The notes beneath the pieces are model-generated. The model had not been told where the DNA came from. It saw only the letters and a list, made by a program, of their open reading frames with translations, and did no database searches. From Klebsormidium nitens (taxonomy: Eukaryota > Plantae > Klebsormidiophyceae), in the NCBI GenBank assembly GCA_000708835.1, contig DF237683.1, forward strand, positions 1 through 39,003: 39,003 bases of DNA, in the 5' to 3' direction. Shown here in pieces: positions 34,492 to 39,003 of the stretch (within the stretch, counting starts at the first letter, position 1; each line of letters begins with the position of its first letter). The translations under genes were made by a program, and so were the position numbers.

Positions 34492-35781
34492 GATTGTGGT
34501 CGATTGGTGAACGCAGTCAGCATCTTTGCACAACATCGATTGGTTGCTACCACGTCCGCCAGCCGTGTTGGAACCCCGCTCCAAGTGCAGACGGTTCTCG
34601 TGCCAAACCACAAGACCTCATGTCGAGTTGTAAGGCCAGCGGGGGTGTATGGAACGGGCCGTTCCAAGGCGCGCCGCACACTCATGCAGAACCTCACGAG
34701 CAATGCGCATGGTTGGAACCAGAACCGTGAACCAGGCCAATGTGGGCCAGCCGACGACGGCCGACAGATTTAACAGTCTGCGAGCAACTGGATCTCATTT
34801 GCATGGCGATGCGCGCTGTAACTAGGTTCCGATATAACCTGCTTACGGTAAACCTTTGAGATTAGCGATTCATTCCACCTCTCCATGCACCTTTGGCTCA
34901 TGTGAATGCGTGCGGTAAGTTGCGCGCAGCTTGCATGCGCCCGGCCTACAATGTGCACATATCAAGTGTAACCTAGCTATACACTAGAGCGGGGGTGCGC
35001 CGCCTGTTACATGTATCAATTAAGGATGCCGTGCTTATAACGGACTCTCGCCATGACCTCAAATTGGCACGCTGCGCCCGATAATATAATTATAGAACAT
35101 GCGACATCCGACGACCCGTAAACTAAGACTAGCTAGCACATCGACTTGAGAATCCTAACACGGTTCGTCATCCATCATTGTCGATCGTTGGTACGTGCTG
35201 CCCGTGGCCGGGCCTGTTCCATGCTCAACTACCTGCACGAGCGTATTTCAGCCGCCCATGCACTTGCAATGCACAACGTGTGAACATGCATGTGCAACTG
35301 GCAATCTCACTGATGAGCTAATTCGTTCAAGTAAAAGGCCCTTCCATTACGTTCGTCCAAAGTGGTTCTTGTGGACATTGAACTATTCGACTTCAAGCCA
35401 GGGGTCTGCTCTGCTGCATGTACGGTTATATGCTGTCAAGTGATCAAGTACTATAGTGTCAGCTACCGTCTTTGTTTATAATCGAACCCAGTCGTCCAAT
35501 CTATGCGTTGGTTTTCTGACCGCATGGACTGAGTTCCTTCCCCAATACACGCCCGGCGTACCTGTTCTACACGAGCTACGCTGTGGGCCGTTTCTAGGAG
35601 CGGAGCCGTCCAATCTAGCAGTCGGCAACTCAACTGATTCTGGTCCCTGTTGTACGACCGCCGCTTGTGGCCGTTACAGCAATGATCAAATCAAAGAATG
35701 TTTGCAACCATGGGATGGTTTCTATGGCATCCAACTCCGCAACCCAACCCAACAGAGAAGCGAGATCGAATATCCCGCGTA

Positions 35782-38370
35782 TCAGCGCGCTTGCTTCTCC
35801 GCTCGTCCGACTTGCGCCTCCACCTCCCTGGCGGCCTGCGCCTCCCTGCCCATGACCACAGTCACGTGGTTGGCATCAGGGAGGCCCTTGAAGCGCACGT
35901 TCCCGAAGCGCGCCTGCATGGCCTCGCCCGACTCATACGGGCACACAATGTCATGGCGGCCGTGCACCACCGAAATCGGCACCCCCGCGCACCGCAGACA
36001 TTCCAGGGCCGGCTCCAGGACGTGCGCGCCGCCGCTGCCGGAACAGTTGCAGCGCGTTAGAACGGTGCACTGCCACCGACTAAAGGACACCAACTAACGA
36101 ACGGTCAACCGAGAACCGGAGATTTGAAGGGTGGGAGCAACGGCTATTAAAAGAGGGCCACAACAGATTGTTAAGGGGGCCGGTCAGCAATCCCCTTTCT
36201 TGCACACCATTACAACATCTTAGCCAGTTGCAAGAGCTGAACCGGGCCTGCTTTCCCGACTATCAAAGCTGGTTGGCTGCGCTCACCGGATGGTGTTGTG
36301 GAACATGTGCCACGCTGACTCGTGCGAATGTTGCATGAAGTCGACGATCAGGCTGGACGGGAACCTGCACACCATGCACAGGCGTCAACAGGTGACCAAG
36401 CACTGGCAGCAATTGAGACGTCTGTCATTCATCCAAAATTTCGGCCTGCACGAAGTGAGCAACCGATACATTGAAGCTGTATACAGACAAGCAATATGAT
36501 CGGGTCAGACTGGATAATAACAGTATGGCAAGCAGCGATTAAGGACGGTCGGTGTGGTGGTCCATTGATCGCTGTAGCTGACCTGCGGGGCCAGAGGGCC
36601 TGCAGGAGGGCGGTAAGGGGGGGCTCCCAGAACCGGTGGTGGGCGCACAGCCCGAAGCAAAAGGCACGGCTCAGGTGGTAGTAGTGGCAGATGAACGACA
36701 AGGCGAAATCCTGCATTCCGGGATGGGTATATCAGGAAGGGCAGACCAGGGGTTTTGATCGAGAGCAGGGACCCCGAAAACGTTGTGCAGTCAAGTGTTG
36801 AGCTCAAGAACTTTCATAGAAGCGGAGCGGGACGGGGCTCAGAAGCAGAGCTTGATGTCGAAGTCACACAGAGAGACAGGGTCGGAGGGGCTCACCTTGG
36901 GGGGCCAGGCAGCCTTAGGCGCCCACTGCTTCATCAACGCCTGGATAAGGGGCACAAACGTGCTCAGCGCAGCCAGGTATCGAAAGCAACATCTGCACAG
37001 CGAACAAAGGTGCAGGAGCAAGAGGTTGCAGGATTGCTTCCTATTGAGGTCACTAGCAGTCCGCTTCAAAATATCGAGTAACTTCAGTAACGCTTGGATG
37101 TTCCTCCCTGATAGCTCTTGACATCTCATTCTAAATCAAAAGTAATGTCCCTAGCTGGCTTGGCTGGTACCCTCACCTCACAGACGGGAATGTCCTGCTG
37201 CGGCGTGATGTAGACGGGCGCAAACAGGGTGATGGAGCGCACGCGGTGTGGGTACTTGGCAGCCAGCGCCAAGCAGAGCAGGGTGCCCATGGAGTGGCCC
37301 ACCAGGTGGAACTGGCCCACCCCCTGCGCAGCCAGCACCGACCGCTCCAGCGCCGCCAAGTGCTCGCCTGCCAAGCACGCCACCGAACGTTTGGCCCGTG
37401 CAGGACAGACGCTTAACTCCAGCTGGAACCAAGATCCTTTAGCCACAAATGACAAAAATGGTCTTTGTCAAAGATGTACGGCACGTCGAGGGGGAACTTG
37501 TTAAAGTTCAAACAATTCCACGGACCCATGTTGGATTCCCAGTCGCGTGGACCCTCACCAATAGTATAGAGGCACGCGTGCGGCCGAGGGCTGCGCCCAA
37601 GCCCCAAGAGGTCCGGCAGCAGTACGCGGTGCCGGGAAAGGAACTCGGGAGACAGCTGCGGGAGCACCGAGTCCCCCCAGAAGTTGGAGCTGCTCAGATT
37701 GCCGTGCAAAAAGATGACGTCCGCGCCCACTGGGGGGACGTCGTGCGCCCCCTCTACTCGCACAAAGAGGTGCCCTGCTTTTTGGTGGCCTTCGTGCGCC
37801 GCCCGGCAGGCCTTGCAGCGGCAGTCCGTCCAGCGAATGGGGTAGCCCCCCTCCTGGCGAGCGCTGCGCTGATCCACGATGTACTGGCTGCCTTCGCGAA
37901 CCAAGGGGCGCCCGGACGCACCAGGAGCAGAGAGGGCAAGGCCACCTGCAGACAGGGGCAGCCTCACGCAACTGAAATGTTGGCCTGGTCTCACACCGGG
38001 GGGGGGTTTGCGACAGAAGGCCACCTCGAGGAGTCTTGATGATGCAGGTGTGCGATGCCACAGAGACCATTTGGATCTAACAAATGTTATCTTCGCACAG
38101 CTTGGAATGATGGGGAAAGGGTGCCTCACCAACTTCCGACTTGAGCCCCCAGCAGCCGCAGTCTTGCCCCTGCGAGCGGTAGAGCACCGCCTGCCCCGCC
38201 TGGTGCGAGGCCTGTTTGCAGCGGCATGATGTGTCCGCACATGAAGGCAGCAAAAAGGCATCAAGCCACCGGAGCAGCCACCCTAGGACGACATCAGCGA
38301 CGTCCAAAGCCAAGAACACCGCAGAATTCACCAGGCGAAGCAAAACGCCCATCTGACGGACGGCGACCAT
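35782..38370 (-). CDS. BDG: BODYGUARD-like alpha/beta-hydrolase (lysophospholipase-like), ~440 aa, 7 exons
   Basis: Exons complement(38130..38370, 37559..37945, 37177..37367, 36896..36940, 36583..36710, 36287..36364, 35782..36034) = 1323 nt. BDG-type N-terminal segments LVNSAVFLALDVADVVL..CRC and RWTDCRCKAC. Hydrolase motifs: DVIFLHGNLSSSNFW, PDLLGLGRSPRP, GHSMG (nucleophile), WPP, HSHESAWHMFHN, VVHGRHD (acid), ANHVTVV (His). The start could also be the ATG at 38352 or lie in an upstream exon. Confidence 0.9.
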
Positions 38371-38630
38371 TGCGCGCCTGACGTCTGCAAGAAGCGGACC
38401 TGTCCACCTCGTACTGTCTAATACTGCCTCACCCGGCCCGCAGCTCAAAGCCAGCCCTTGGGCCTCCGTCCCCCAACGAATCGCCACTGCCAAGCTGCCA
38501 CAAGCTGCCAATGAACCTGCTGCGGCTCAGGAAGTCAGCCGTGACTCTTGAGCCTGAGGCCGCCTTGATCGAACCTCGAGTGCCCATCATTAAATAGAAA
38601 CCTGGCGAATACAGAAGTTCGGCGCCCGCC

Positions 38631-38982
38631 TTTTATGGAGTTCCAGATTCCAGGGTCTAGCCGACCACTATTAGTACTCTCAACAGTGAACACACGTGCC
38701 TGGACCGAGTCCCCAGCCTCAGGCCCGGATCAAAGGTCCCTGCCTTGACAGTTCCGACCGGAGGGGGGCCGCTGGAATCCCCGGGTTCTGAGTCATGACT
38801 GGCCTGACTCTATAAAACTGCCCCTCCGGTCGGAACTGTCAAGGCCTTTGATCCGGGCCTGGGGACTCGGTCCAGGCACATGTGTTCACTGTTGAGTGGC
38901 AGTGTTGCCAGTGTTGACACTCGAGAGTACTAGGTACCTAATAGTGGTCGGTTAGACCCTGGAATCTGGAACTCCATCAAAA
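38631..38982. mobile_element. Non-autonomous foldback/MITE-like element with long imperfect terminal inverted repeats
   Basis: The left arm (38631..38766) is the reverse complement of the right arm (38821..38982), apart from 2 substitutions and 5 indels. A 54-bp spacer lies between them, with no coding capacity. The element is flanked by a GCC direct repeat (38628..38630 and 38983..38985) that may be a target-site duplication. Confidence 0.75.
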
Positions 38983-39003
38983 GCCACGTACCGTACTTGG
39001 CAA

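Noticed and set aside
34627-34659. VVRPAGVYGTG, resembling the extended-SDR RPxxxYGP motif
   Set aside because: It is an isolated short match just downstream of the coiled-coil gene stop, with no Rossmann GxxGxxG or YxxxK exons nearby.
35456-36097. 213-aa plus ORF overlapping the BDG 3' end
   Set aside because: It has a GTG start, half of it is antisense to the GC-rich BDG last exon, and it has no motif. It is most simply 3' UTR plus a shadow frame.

Overview
This is eukaryotic nuclear DNA, with no prokaryotic operons, CRISPR arrays, rRNA or tRNA genes. I manually spliced ten intron-containing protein genes, all using GT-AG sites with consistent reading frames. In order they are: calmodulin (-), plastid-type TrmL/SpoU tRNA 2'-O-methyltransferase (-), a 946-aa RING/PHD-like plus tandem UBA-like protein (+), an RlmN-type radical-SAM RNA methyltransferase (-), a SETD6/Rubisco-LSMT-like lysine methyltransferase (+), IspF/MECDP synthase (-), an ACR11/12-like ACT-domain protein (+), a five-finger C2H2 protein (-), a coiled-coil protein with a CEP131/AZI1-like C-terminus (+), and a BODYGUARD-like alpha/beta-hydrolase (-). 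The land-plant-type calmodulin, ACR11/12 and BDG, very GC-rich exons and a probable centriolar gene suggest a streptophyte green alga; this is inference. The most notable non-coding or structural features are nine genes in strictly alternating orientation forming four compact head-to-head pairs, a 352-bp foldback/MITE-like element just upstream of BDG, and a GTAC/CTAG-saturated palindromic mosaic upstream of calmodulin. No complete novel system can be proven from the sequence alone. Family assignments rest on motif recognition from memory, not on database searches.
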